64,000 nt of DNA from Deltaproteobacteria bacterium. GTDB lineage: Bacteria; Desulfobacterota; Desulfuromonadia; Desulfuromonadales; JAAYDE01. The notes under the pieces are model-generated. The model was not told where the DNA came from and searched no databases. It worked only from the letters and a program-made list of their open reading frames with translations. The first letter of the stretch is position 1; every line of letters begins with the position of its first letter. Shown piece by piece: positions 1 to 8,234 of this stretch. The position numbers and the translations under genes were made by a program. The stretch is taken from the NCBI GenBank assembly GCA_012729375.1, contig JAAYDE010000009.1, forward strand, positions 1,177 through 65,176, given 5' to 3'.

Positions 1-455
1 GCTGGAGCTACGGACTGTCCCTGCGCCTTCCACTCGATTTCTGGCAAACCCGCTTTCGTGAACAAATGGCCGATGCCCGTTGCCGTGAGGCCGCGGCCAA
101 TTATGAGAAGGCGGTGCAGGCGGCTTTCAAAGACGTCCGCGACGCCCTTACCCGGCAGAATTACCTGGCCGATGCGGCGACGGCTCTCACCGGCCGCCTG
201 GAGAACCTGGAGGAGGCCGTGGCCCACGCGGAAGACCGCTACCGCAACGGTTACTCCAGTTTCATTGATCTCCTCGACGCCGAACGCTCCCTCTTCGATA
301 CCCAGCTGAACTGGGCGCAGAACCGGACTCTCCATCTCCACGCGATGGTGGATCTGATCATGGCCCTGGGCGGAGGCTGGGAAGACGACCCGTCGAACAG
401 GCCCCTTCTACCCCGGATATCCACCAGGGATTTCCCGCAAGGAGAACAACCATGA
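1..455 (+). CDS. RND efflux outer-membrane factor (OprM/NodT family), C-terminal fragment; 5' end is outside the window
   Basis: The frame is open from the window edge (frame of nt 3) to TGA 453-455. The translation WSYGLSLRLPLDFWQ...RYRNGYSSFIDLLDAERSLFDTQLNW...ALGGGW resembles the conserved C-terminal repeat of OMF proteins. The stop overlaps the next start (ATGA). Confidence 0.8.
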   Translation, partial: WSYGLSLRLPLDFWQTRFREQMADARCREAAANYEKAVQAAFKDVRDALTRQNYLADAATALTGRLENLEEAVAHAEDRYRNGYSSFIDLLDAERSLFDTQLNWAQNRTLHLHAMVDLIMALGGGWEDDPSNRPLLPRISTRDFPQGEQP

Positions 456-1636
456 AATGTTTTTGGCGACCTCAAAACCTTTGGGCGGTTTGGGTTCCTG
501 GCCTGCTCTGCCTTCTTCTGGCGGGATGTTCGTCCGACAACGGCTCCGCCCAGTCAGGACCGGGACGACCTCTGCCCCAGGTCCTGGTGGAGCGGATCAT
601 GCGCCGCGATATCCCCTACACCCAAACCTTTGTCGGCCACGTGGAAGGCCAGCACTCCGCCGAGGTTCATGCCCAGGTCAGCGGAATTCTCCAAAAACGG
701 GTTTACAAGGAAGGGGAATCGGTCGCCAAGGGGCAGGTGCTTTTCGAAATCGACCCGGCCCCCTATCAGGCCCAGGTGGATCAGGCCCTGGGCCGGGTCA
801 ACAGTGTCCGGGCGCGGCTCGCCAACGCCCAAAGGGATATGGAGCGGGCCATCCCTCTGGCCCGGCGCAACTCCATAAGCCAGCGGGAAAAGGACATGGT
901 GCAGGCCGCCTTTGACGCGGCCCGGGCGGAGATGGAAGAAGCCCAGGCGGCGCTGCGCGCCGCCCGCATCCAGCTCGATCTGACCCGCGTCAGGGCGCCC
1001 ATCGCCGGCTTCGCCAGCATGGCCCTGCGCACCGAGGGCAGCCTGATCACCGCCGGCGCACCCAACAGCCTGCTGACAACCGTCAACAACATGGATACCG
1101 TTCAGGTGGTTTTCAGCGTTTCCGACTCCCTGGTGCGGCGGATCAAAGGCCACTTGAACCGGAACCGGGCCACGATGGGAAAAACCGTTGCCGCCACTCT
1201 GGTGATCGACGGCGACCATCCTTACCCCCATGAAGGTACCCTCGCCTTCGGCAATCCCGTCATCAACCGGGATACCGGCAGCATGATCGGCAAGGCCCTC
1301 TTTCCCAATCCCGACAGGGAGCTGCTGCCAGGCCAGGTGGTGCGCCTGAACCTCCACCTGATGACCTTTCGCAACGCCCTGGCCGTGCCCCAGCACGCCG
1401 TCCTCCAGACCGACCAGGGGTCGATGGTCGCCGTCGTCGACGAGGAAGACAGGGTGTCTTTCCGGCCGATCAGCGTGGCCGCCATCCTCGACCGGGAGTT
1501 TCTGATCGACACCGGACTGACCGGAAATGAGCGCGTCGTCGTCGAAGGGGTGAACAAGATCGCCCCGGGGATGAAAGTGATCCCCCATGCCGCCGACAAC
1601 GGAACGGCTTCCCACCACGGGGCGGGAAAGGGGTAG
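452..1636 (+). CDS. RND efflux membrane fusion protein (periplasmic adaptor, AcrA/MexA/HlyD family), lipoprotein
   Basis: Signal peptide with lipobox LLAGC (MKCFWRPQNLWAVWVPGLLCLLLAGCSS). Adaptor-type motifs VLFEIDPAPYQAQVDQA and RVRAPIAGF. RBS GGAGA at 441-445. Confidence 0.9.
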   Translation: MKCFWRPQNLWAVWVPGLLCLLLAGCSSDNGSAQSGPGRPLPQVLVERIMRRDIPYTQTFVGHVEGQHSAEVHAQVSGILQKRVYKEGESVAKGQVLFEIDPAPYQAQVDQALGRVNSVRARLANAQRDMERAIPLARRNSISQREKDMVQAAFDAARAEMEEAQAALRAARIQLDLTRVRAPIAGFASMALRTEGSLITAGAPNSLLTTVNNMDTVQVVFSVSDSLVRRIKGHLNRNRATMGKTVAATLVIDGDHPYPHEGTLAFGNPVINRDTGSMIGKALFPNPDRELLPGQVVRLNLHLMTFRNALAVPQHAVLQTDQGSMVAVVDEEDRVSFRPISVAAILDREFLIDTGLTGNERVVVEGVNKIAPGMKVIPHAADNGTASHHGAGKG

Positions 1637-1642
1637 ACACCG

Positions 1643-4600
1643 ATGAAGGATTTCTTTTTCCTGCGGCGGCCGGCACTGGCCATTGTGGTGTCGGTCATCA
1701 TTGTCGTCCTTGGCGCCTTGGCCCTGCGCCAGCTGCCGGTGGCCCAGTATCCGGATCTGGTGCCGCCGGCGGTTTCGGTGACCGCCTTCTATCCCGGCGC
1801 CAGCCCTGAAGTCATTTCCCAGGTTGTCGCCGCGCCCCTGGAGAAGGCCATCACCGGGGCCAAGGATCTCCTCTATCTGCAATCGACCAGTGCCGCCAGC
1901 GGCATGATGGCACTGACCGCGACCTTCAGCCTGGGGGTCGATCCGGAGGTGGCCAGCAGCCGCATCAGTAATCTGGTCCAGGGGGCGCTGGCCCAGCTTC
2001 CGGAGGAAGTCCGCCGCCTCGGGGTCAGCGTCACTGCGGGAACCGGCTCCTTTTTGCAGATCATCACCCTGTCCAGTCCCGACGGCCGCTATGACAGCCT
2101 GTTTCTGAACAACTACGCGGCCCTGAACCTGATCGACGCCCTCAAACGGATTCCCGGCGTGGCCTCCGCCGACTCGCTGATCTCCGAAGAATACTCCATG
2201 CGCGTCTGGTTCGATCCCGCCAAATTGGCGGCTTTCGGCCTCACCCCCCAGGACATCGCCGCGGCCATCCGCGAGCAGAACGCCCAGTACGCCGCCGGCA
2301 CCGTCGGCCTGCAGCCGGCGCCCGACGACCTGAAGATGTCCTGGCTGGTCAGCACCCGGGGCCGCATGGCCACGGAAGAGGAATTCGGCAACATCATCCT
2401 GCGCGTCGACGAACGCAAGGGGATCATGCGCCTGCGCGACGTGGCCAGGGTGGAACTGGGCGCCGCCGACTACAGCGTGCGCAGCAAACTCAACGGCAAG
2501 CCGGTGGCCGGCATCAGCATCTCCCTGACCCCCGGCGCCAACGCTCTGGCGACGGCGGACCAGATCGCCGCCACCATGGCGGAACTGAGCCGGGATTTCC
2601 CTCCCGGCATGGAATACGCCATCCCCTACAACGTCACTACCTTCGTGCGCATTTCCATCGAGGAGGTCATCCAGACCCTCTACGAGGCCATGTTCCTGGT
2701 GGCGCTGGTCATCTTCCTCTTCCTGCAGAACCTCCGCGCCACCCTCATCCCCTGCATCGCCGTTCCCGTTTCCATCATCGGCACCCTGGCGGGGATGTAT
2801 CTGCTCAATTTCTCCATCAACACGCTGACCCTTTTCGGCATGGTGCTGTCCATCGGCGTGGTCGTTGACGACGCCATTCTCGTCCTCGAGAACGTGGAAC
2901 GGCTCATGCGCGAGGAAGGAATTTCCGCCTGGAAGGCGACCTCCCAGGCGATGCGCGAGGTCACCGGACCGGTGATCGCCTCGGTCCTGGTCCTGGCCGC
3001 CGTTTTTGTGCCGGTCTCCTTCATAGGCGGAATGACGGGGGAGATGTTCCGCCAGTTCGGCATCACCATCGCCCTGTCCGTGGCCCTGTCCGGAGTGGTC
3101 GCCCTCACCCTCACCCCGGTCATGTGCTCTTCACTGCTCCGCATCTCCCACGGAGCGCCCCAGGGACGTTTCTTCCGTCTCTTCAACCGCGGTTTCGAAC
3201 TGCTGACCGAAGGTTATATGTGGGCCGTCCGCCTGGTGCTCCGCTATGACCTGCTGGCCGTCCTGGCCATGGTCGTGCTGCTCTGGGGAACCTGGTTCCT
3301 GTTCAAACACATCCCCGCCGGCCTGGCTCCCGATGAGGATCAGGGCTACATCATCGCCGCCGCCATGCTTCCCGACGGAGCGGCCATGCCGCGCACCGAC
3401 CGGGTTCTCGACCGGGTGTCGGCGGCCATGCGCGAAGACTCGGCAGTGGACGCCGTGCTGACCATCGCCGGAAGCGATATTTTCGGCGGCAGCGGCTCCC
3501 TGGGCAGCGCCGGCGCCGCCTTCATCATGCTTCGCCCCTGGGACGAACGCAAAGAGCCCTCCCGCTCCGCCCAGGCGATGGCGGCCAAGGTTTTCGGCAT
3601 CGGCATCACCGACGGCATGGTGGCCGCCTTCAACCCGCCCCCCATCGTCGGCCTCAGCGCCCTGGGCGGCATCGAAGGCTTCTTGCAGAACCATACCGGC
3701 GCCGCCATCGAGGAGATGGCCGAACAGGCGGGCAAACTGGCCGCCGCCGCCGCTTCCCGTCCGGAACTGCGCGGCGTCGGCAGTTCTTTCAGCCTGGGCA
3801 CGCCCAAGATCTATCTGCAGCTGAACCCGGAAAAGGCCAAGCTGATGGATGTGCACATCGGCGATGTCTATCAGGCCCTCAGCGCCACCCTTGCGGGCAG
3901 CTACATCAACGATTTCACCTTGCAGGGCCGGGCCTTCAAGGTGTATATGCAGGCCGAAGCCAAATTCCGCTCCAGCCCCAAAGATCTGGAGGCGATCTAC
4001 GTCCGCAGTCGTACCGGCAACATGATTCCCCTGGCCAACCTGATAACCGCCACGACCACCAGCGGCGCCTTTTCCCTGACCCGTTTCAATGGTCTGCCCG
4101 CCGCCCGTCTCTCCGGCCAGGCCGCTCCAGGCTACAGCAACACCCAGGCCATGGCCGCCATTGAGGAAATCGCCCGCAGCGAACTTCCCACAGGCTACTC
4201 CCTCGCCTGGAGCGGTTCTTCCTACCAGGAGAAAACCAGCGGCGGAACCAACTACACCGTCCTGCTCCTGGGCCTGGGCATCGTCTTTCTCATCCTCGCC
4301 GCCCAATACGAAAGCTGGAGCCTGCCCACCGCCGTCATTCTGGCCGTACCCTTCGCCCTTTTCGGCGCCTTGGCGACAATTTTCCTTGCCGGATACGCCA
4401 ATGATATTTATGTTCAGGTAGCCTTGGTCACCCTGATCGGACTGGCCGTCAAAAACGCCATCCTCATTGTCGAGTTCGCCGCCATCGAGCTGAACAACGG
4501 CAAATCGCCCACGGAGGCGGCGCTGACCGCCGCGGCGCTGCGCTTCCGCCCGATCATGATGACCTCCCTGACCTTCATCCTCGGCTGCATCCCGTTGGTG

Positions 4601-4762
4601 ATTTCCAGCGGTGCCGGCTCGGCCAGCCGCCACGTTCTCGGCAGCAGCATCATCGGAGGGATGGTCGCCGCCTCTCTCATTTCGCCGATCTTTGTGCCCT
4701 GGTTTTTCAAGGTGGTGATGGTTTGCCAAGGCAAGCTGACCAAAACAACGGAGGAAAAATGA
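1643..4762 (+). CDS. RND multidrug/metabolite efflux permease (AcrB/MexB, HAE1-type)
   Basis: 1039 aa with the typical N-terminus FFLRRPALAIVVSVIIVVLG, the conserved VVDDAILVLENVER motif and two large periplasmic loops between TM bundles. Confidence 0.95.
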   Translation: MKDFFFLRRPALAIVVSVIIVVLGALALRQLPVAQYPDLVPPAVSVTAFYPGASPEVISQVVAAPLEKAITGAKDLLYLQSTSAASGMMALTATFSLGVDPEVASSRISNLVQGALAQLPEEVRRLGVSVTAGTGSFLQIITLSSPDGRYDSLFLNNYAALNLIDALKRIPGVASADSLISEEYSMRVWFDPAKLAAFGLTPQDIAAAIREQNAQYAAGTVGLQPAPDDLKMSWLVSTRGRMATEEEFGNIILRVDERKGIMRLRDVARVELGAADYSVRSKLNGKPVAGISISLTPGANALATADQIAATMAELSRDFPPGMEYAIPYNVTTFVRISIEEVIQTLYEAMFLVALVIFLFLQNLRATLIPCIAVPVSIIGTLAGMYLLNFSINTLTLFGMVLSIGVVVDDAILVLENVERLMREEGISAWKATSQAMREVTGPVIASVLVLAAVFVPVSFIGGMTGEMFRQFGITIALSVALSGVVALTLTPVMCSSLLRISHGAPQGRFFRLFNRGFELLTEGYMWAVRLVLRYDLLAVLAMVVLLWGTWFLFKHIPAGLAPDEDQGYIIAAAMLPDGAAMPRTDRVLDRVSAAMREDSAVDAVLTIAGSDIFGGSGSLGSAGAAFIMLRPWDERKEPSRSAQAMAAKVFGIGITDGMVAAFNPPPIVGLSALGGIEGFLQNHTGAAIEEMAEQAGKLAAAAASRPELRGVGSSFSLGTPKIYLQLNPEKAKLMDVHIGDVYQALSATLAGSYINDFTLQGRAFKVYMQAEAKFRSSPKDLEAIYVRSRTGNMIPLANLITATTTSGAFSLTRFNGLPAARLSGQAAPGYSNTQAMAAIEEIARSELPTGYSLAWSGSSYQEKTSGGTNYTVLLLGLGIVFLILAAQYESWSLPTAVILAVPFALFGALATIFLAGYANDIYVQVALVTLIGLAVKNAILIVEFAAIELNNGKSPTEAALTAAALRFRPIMMTSLTFILGCIPLVISSGAGSASRHVLGSSIIGGMVAASLISPIFVPWFFKVVMVCQGKLTKTTEEK

Positions 4763-5607
4763 AGTTTCAAACAATCGCCGTGGTCGGCGCCGGAGTCATG
4801 GGGCGGGGGATCGCCCAGGCTCTGGTGATGAACGGCTTGGATGTCGTTCTCATCGATGTCGATATCGGCGCCCTGGACAAGGCCTGCCTGGAAATCCGTC
4901 AAAGCCTGCGCATGCAGGGGCTTTTCGGCAAGGACAGCGTCGATGTCGAAGCGTGCCTCGCCCATATCCGCTGCACGACGGAACTGGGTCATGCGGCGGC
5001 GGCCGATTTCGTGGTCGAAAACATCACCGAGCAGCCCGACCTCAAAGAACCCCTCTATCGGCGTCTGGATGAAGTCTGCCGCCCCGAGGTCCCTTTCGCC
5101 GCCAACACCTCGGTCATCTCCATCACCCGCATCGGCTCCTGGACACAACGCCCGGACCGGGTCGTCGGCATGCATTTCATGAATCCGGTGCCCCTCAAAC
5201 CGGTAGTCGAGGTCATCCGCGGCCACCACACCAGCGACGACACCCTCGACCGGGCCAGGGCCTTCCTCAAACAGATGAAAAAGCGGGCCGTCGTTGTCAA
5301 CGATCTGCCCGGCTTCGTTTCCAACCGGGTGCTGATGCTCACCGTCAACGAAGCCGTCTGGGTGGTGCAGGACCAGGTCGCTTCCGCGGAGGATGTCGAC
5401 CGGATCTTCAGATCCTGTTTCGGGCACCCCATGGGTCCTCTCGAAACCGGCGACCTCATCGGCCTCGACACGATTCTCTATTCCCTGGAAAGGCTTTTCG
5501 AAAGCTACAATGACCCCAAATTCCGCCCCTGCCCTTTGCTGCGCAAGATGGTTGACGCGGGTCTTTTGGGCCGCAAAAGCGGCAGGGGTTTCTACAATTA
5601 CCAATGA
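4759..5607 (+). CDS. 3-hydroxyacyl-CoA dehydrogenase family protein; FkbK/ZmaG-like candidate glyceryl-ACP dehydrogenase
   Basis: Rossmann motif VVGAGVMGRGIAQ; HADH core HFMNPVPLKPVVEV and ETGDLIGLD. ATG 4759 overlaps the pump stop (ATGA). The ORF-track start at 4723 would overlap the pump by 40 nt. Confidence 0.85.
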   Translation: MKFQTIAVVGAGVMGRGIAQALVMNGLDVVLIDVDIGALDKACLEIRQSLRMQGLFGKDSVDVEACLAHIRCTTELGHAAAADFVVENITEQPDLKEPLYRRLDEVCRPEVPFAANTSVISITRIGSWTQRPDRVVGMHFMNPVPLKPVVEVIRGHHTSDDTLDRARAFLKQMKKRAVVVNDLPGFVSNRVLMLTVNEAVWVVQDQVASAEDVDRIFRSCFGHPMGPLETGDLIGLDTILYSLERLFESYNDPKFRPCPLLRKMVDAGLLGRKSGRGFYNYQ

Positions 5608-5647
5608 TCCGGCTGCCGCTGAAGCCGGAGCAGAAAAAGGATGAGGA

Positions 5648-5893
5648 ATGGCTGAGGAAATCCGTGAAAAAATTCGGGATTTTGTGCTCAAATATGTCAG
5701 GGATGAGGAACTGGCCGATGACGAGAACATGTTCGACCTCGGCTACGTCAACTCCCTCTTTGCCATGCAGTTGGTCATGTTCGTCGAAAAGGAATTCCAG
5801 CTGACCCTCGGCCGCGACAGCATCCGTCTGGCCAATTTCCAGTCCATTGACGCCATCGTCGCCCTGATTGAAGGGCAGCGGCAGGGGGCCTGA
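5648..5893 (+). CDS. Free-standing acyl carrier protein (FkbJ/ZmaD-like)
   Basis: 81 aa and acidic. Phosphopantetheine-attachment pattern GYVNSLFAMQL (Ser codon 5753-5755). Sits between two dehydrogenase genes and fkbH. Confidence 0.8.
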   Translation: MAEEIREKIRDFVLKYVRDEELADDENMFDLGYVNSLFAMQLVMFVEKEFQLTLGRDSIRLANFQSIDAIVALIEGQRQGA

Positions 5894-5894
5894 T

Positions 5895-7031
5895 ATGGAT
5901 CGGGCCGCCTGCATGCGGGAGTGGATCGACGCCTTTGTTTTCCCCCAGGCCAACGCCTGGGAGGAAAGACAACAGCTGCCCCCCGCCATCCTTGACGACT
6001 TCGCTTGCCGCGGCTGGTTCGGTGCCGCTCTCCCGCCGCGCTGGGGGGGGCTCGGTTGCGACAGCGAAACCCTGGCCCGTTTCTGTGCCGAAATGGCCCG
6101 GGGCAGCGTCTCCCTGCTGAGCATCTTCACTGTCCACAACATGGTCTGCCAAGCCCTGTTGCGCTGGGGGGCCGCCGACCAACAGGCGGTCTGGCTGAGA
6201 CAGCTGGCCTCCGGCGCGGTGCGGGCCGCTTTCGCCCTGACCGAACCGGAGTTCGGCAGCGAAGCGACGGGGATTCGCTGCCGGGTGGCTCGAAACGGAG
6301 ATGAGCTGATCGTGAACGGCGCCAAAAAATGGATCTCCGGGTCCTGCCACGCCCAGCTTTTCCTGGTCATGGCGCGGGCCAAGGAAGAGGGGCTGATGGC
6401 CCTTCTGGTTCCCGCCGACACTGCCGGCCTGCGAATCACGCCGATGCCCGATCTTTTGGGCTTCCGCGCCGCCGGCATCGCCCGCCTCGACTTCGCCGAC
6501 TGCCGCCTGCCCGCCTCCGCCCTGATCGGCGCGCCGGGCGCAGGCTTCACCTTCGTCGCCGCCCATGCCCTGGATCACGGCCGCTTCACCGTCGCTTGCG
6601 GCTGCCTCGGGGTTATCGAAGCCTGTCTGAGGGCCAGCGTCGCCTACGCCAACCAGCGCACCCAGTTCGGCCAGCCGTTGCGCCGCCACCAGCTCATCCA
6701 GGCGCTGGTCGCCGACATGGCCACCGACCTGGAGGCGGCGCGGGCGCTGGTTGAGCGGGCCGCCAAACAGCGCGACAGCCAGGCCGCGGAGTCGATCACG
6801 GCCACCACCATCGCCAAATATTTCTGCTCGCGGGCGGCGCTGCGTGCAGCCACGGACGCCCTGCAGATCCACGGCGGCAACGGCTGTTCTCCCGAGTATC
6901 CTGTGATGCGCTACTACCGCGACGCCAAGATCTGCGAAATCATCGAGGGAAGTTCCCAGATGCAGCAGCTGATGATAGCCAGCCACGCGTTCATGAGGGA
7001 ACGTCCCCAGCGGAGACGCCGCCATGGCTAA
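5895..7031 (+). CDS. Acyl-CoA dehydrogenase family protein; FkbI/ZmaE-like
   Basis: ACAD-type segments LTEPEFGSEA, QRTQFGQPL and C-terminal CEIIEGSSQMQQL. ATG 5895 lies 1 nt after the ACP stop. Confidence 0.85.
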   Translation: MDRAACMREWIDAFVFPQANAWEERQQLPPAILDDFACRGWFGAALPPRWGGLGCDSETLARFCAEMARGSVSLLSIFTVHNMVCQALLRWGAADQQAVWLRQLASGAVRAAFALTEPEFGSEATGIRCRVARNGDELIVNGAKKWISGSCHAQLFLVMARAKEEGLMALLVPADTAGLRITPMPDLLGFRAAGIARLDFADCRLPASALIGAPGAGFTFVAAHALDHGRFTVACGCLGVIEACLRASVAYANQRTQFGQPLRRHQLIQALVADMATDLEAARALVERAAKQRDSQAAESITATTIAKYFCSRAALRAATDALQIHGGNGCSPEYPVMRYYRDAKICEIIEGSSQMQQLMIASHAFMRERPQRRRRHG

Positions 7032-8052
7032 GACCATCAAGTGCCTGGTCTGGGATCTCGACGACACCCTGTGGGACGGGATCCTTCTCGAAGGAGGCGG
7101 CAACCGCCTCCGCGAAGGGGTTCGCGAGGTTTTGGAAGCCCTCGACCAAAGGGGCATTCTCCATTCCATCGCCAGCCGCAACGACCATGATCACGCCATG
7201 GAGCGGCTGGCCCGCTTCGGCCTCGAGTACTACTTCCTCTATCCGCAGATCCATTTCGGCATCAAAAGCGCTTCGCTGAGCACCATTGCCAGGAAACTCA
7301 ACATCGGCATCGATACCTTCGCCTTCATCGACGACCAGGCCTTCGAACGGGAGGAGGTGAAGCAGGCGCTACCCGAGGTGCTGTGCCTTGATGCCGCGGA
7401 CCTGGCGGCGCTTCCGGATCTGCCCCGTTTCATGCCCCGTTTCATCACCGAGGATTCGGCCCAGAGACGCCGCCTGTACCTGACCGACATCAGCCGCGCC
7501 AAGGCCGAAGAGAACTTCACCGGCCCGGCCGAGGCCTTCCTGGCCACCCTCGGCATGCGGTTCACCATCGCGTCCGTCAGCGACGGGGACCTGCAGCGGG
7601 CCGTCGATCTGACCGAACGCACCCACCAGCTGAACGCCACCGGGCTTACCTTCAGCCATGACGAGTTGGACGCCCTGCGCCTTTCTTCCAACCACCTGCT
7701 GTTCATCAGCAGCCTCGAAGACAAATTCGGGCCGTACGGCAAGATCGGCCTGGCCCTGGTGGAAAAAGGGACCGAGGCGTGGACCGTCAAACTGCTGCTG
7801 ATGTCATGCCGGGTCATGTCCCGTGGGGTCGGTTCGGTCATGCTCAACCACATTGTCCGCGAGGCGTCCCGGGCCGGCAAAAAACTGCGCGCCGATTTCG
7901 TCGAAACCGACCGCAACCGGATGATGTACGTCACCTATAAATTCGCCGGCTTCGAGGAAATGCAACGGTTCGGCAACCGCTCGGTGCTGGAATACCAGGG
8001 AGACGGCCGGGTCAGTTTCCCTGCCTATCTCGATGTGGTGATCCAGGGGTGA
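7024..8052 (+). CDS. FkbH-like HAD-superfamily phosphatase / glyceryl-S-ACP synthase
   Basis: HAD motif I DLDDT (7054-7068). FkbH-type C-terminal domain with conserved Cys in LLMSCRVMSRGVG (Cys codon 7807-7809). 8-nt overlap with the ACAD gene. Confidence 0.85.
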   Translation: MAKTIKCLVWDLDDTLWDGILLEGGGNRLREGVREVLEALDQRGILHSIASRNDHDHAMERLARFGLEYYFLYPQIHFGIKSASLSTIARKLNIGIDTFAFIDDQAFEREEVKQALPEVLCLDAADLAALPDLPRFMPRFITEDSAQRRRLYLTDISRAKAEENFTGPAEAFLATLGMRFTIASVSDGDLQRAVDLTERTHQLNATGLTFSHDELDALRLSSNHLLFISSLEDKFGPYGKIGLALVEKGTEAWTVKLLLMSCRVMSRGVGSVMLNHIVREASRAGKKLRADFVETDRNRMMYVTYKFAGFEEMQRFGNRSVLEYQGDGRVSFPAYLDVVIQG

Positions 8053-8234
8053 CCCTGCCCGCTCTTTACCGGGGCGACGCCATGAGAGCAATGGCGACCC
8101 ACAGACTGAAGGAAACGGATATCCCCGAAAATCAGCCCTGCCGCCCTGCCGTCATGAACCGGTTGTCGGGGGTTGACCGGTTCCGGTTTCTGCCAGCCGC
8201 CGGTTTCCAGTTGGCGACTCGCTAGGGAGGTGTC

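Noticed and set aside
8082-8225. A 47-codon ATG ORF (MRAMATHRLKETDIPENQ…) in the fkbH-PKS spacer. It was considered as a possible MbtH-like or leader peptide.
   Set aside because: It has no RBS, no MbtH-type Trp pattern and an Arg/Pro-rich composition like the shadow ORFs. There is not enough evidence to call it.
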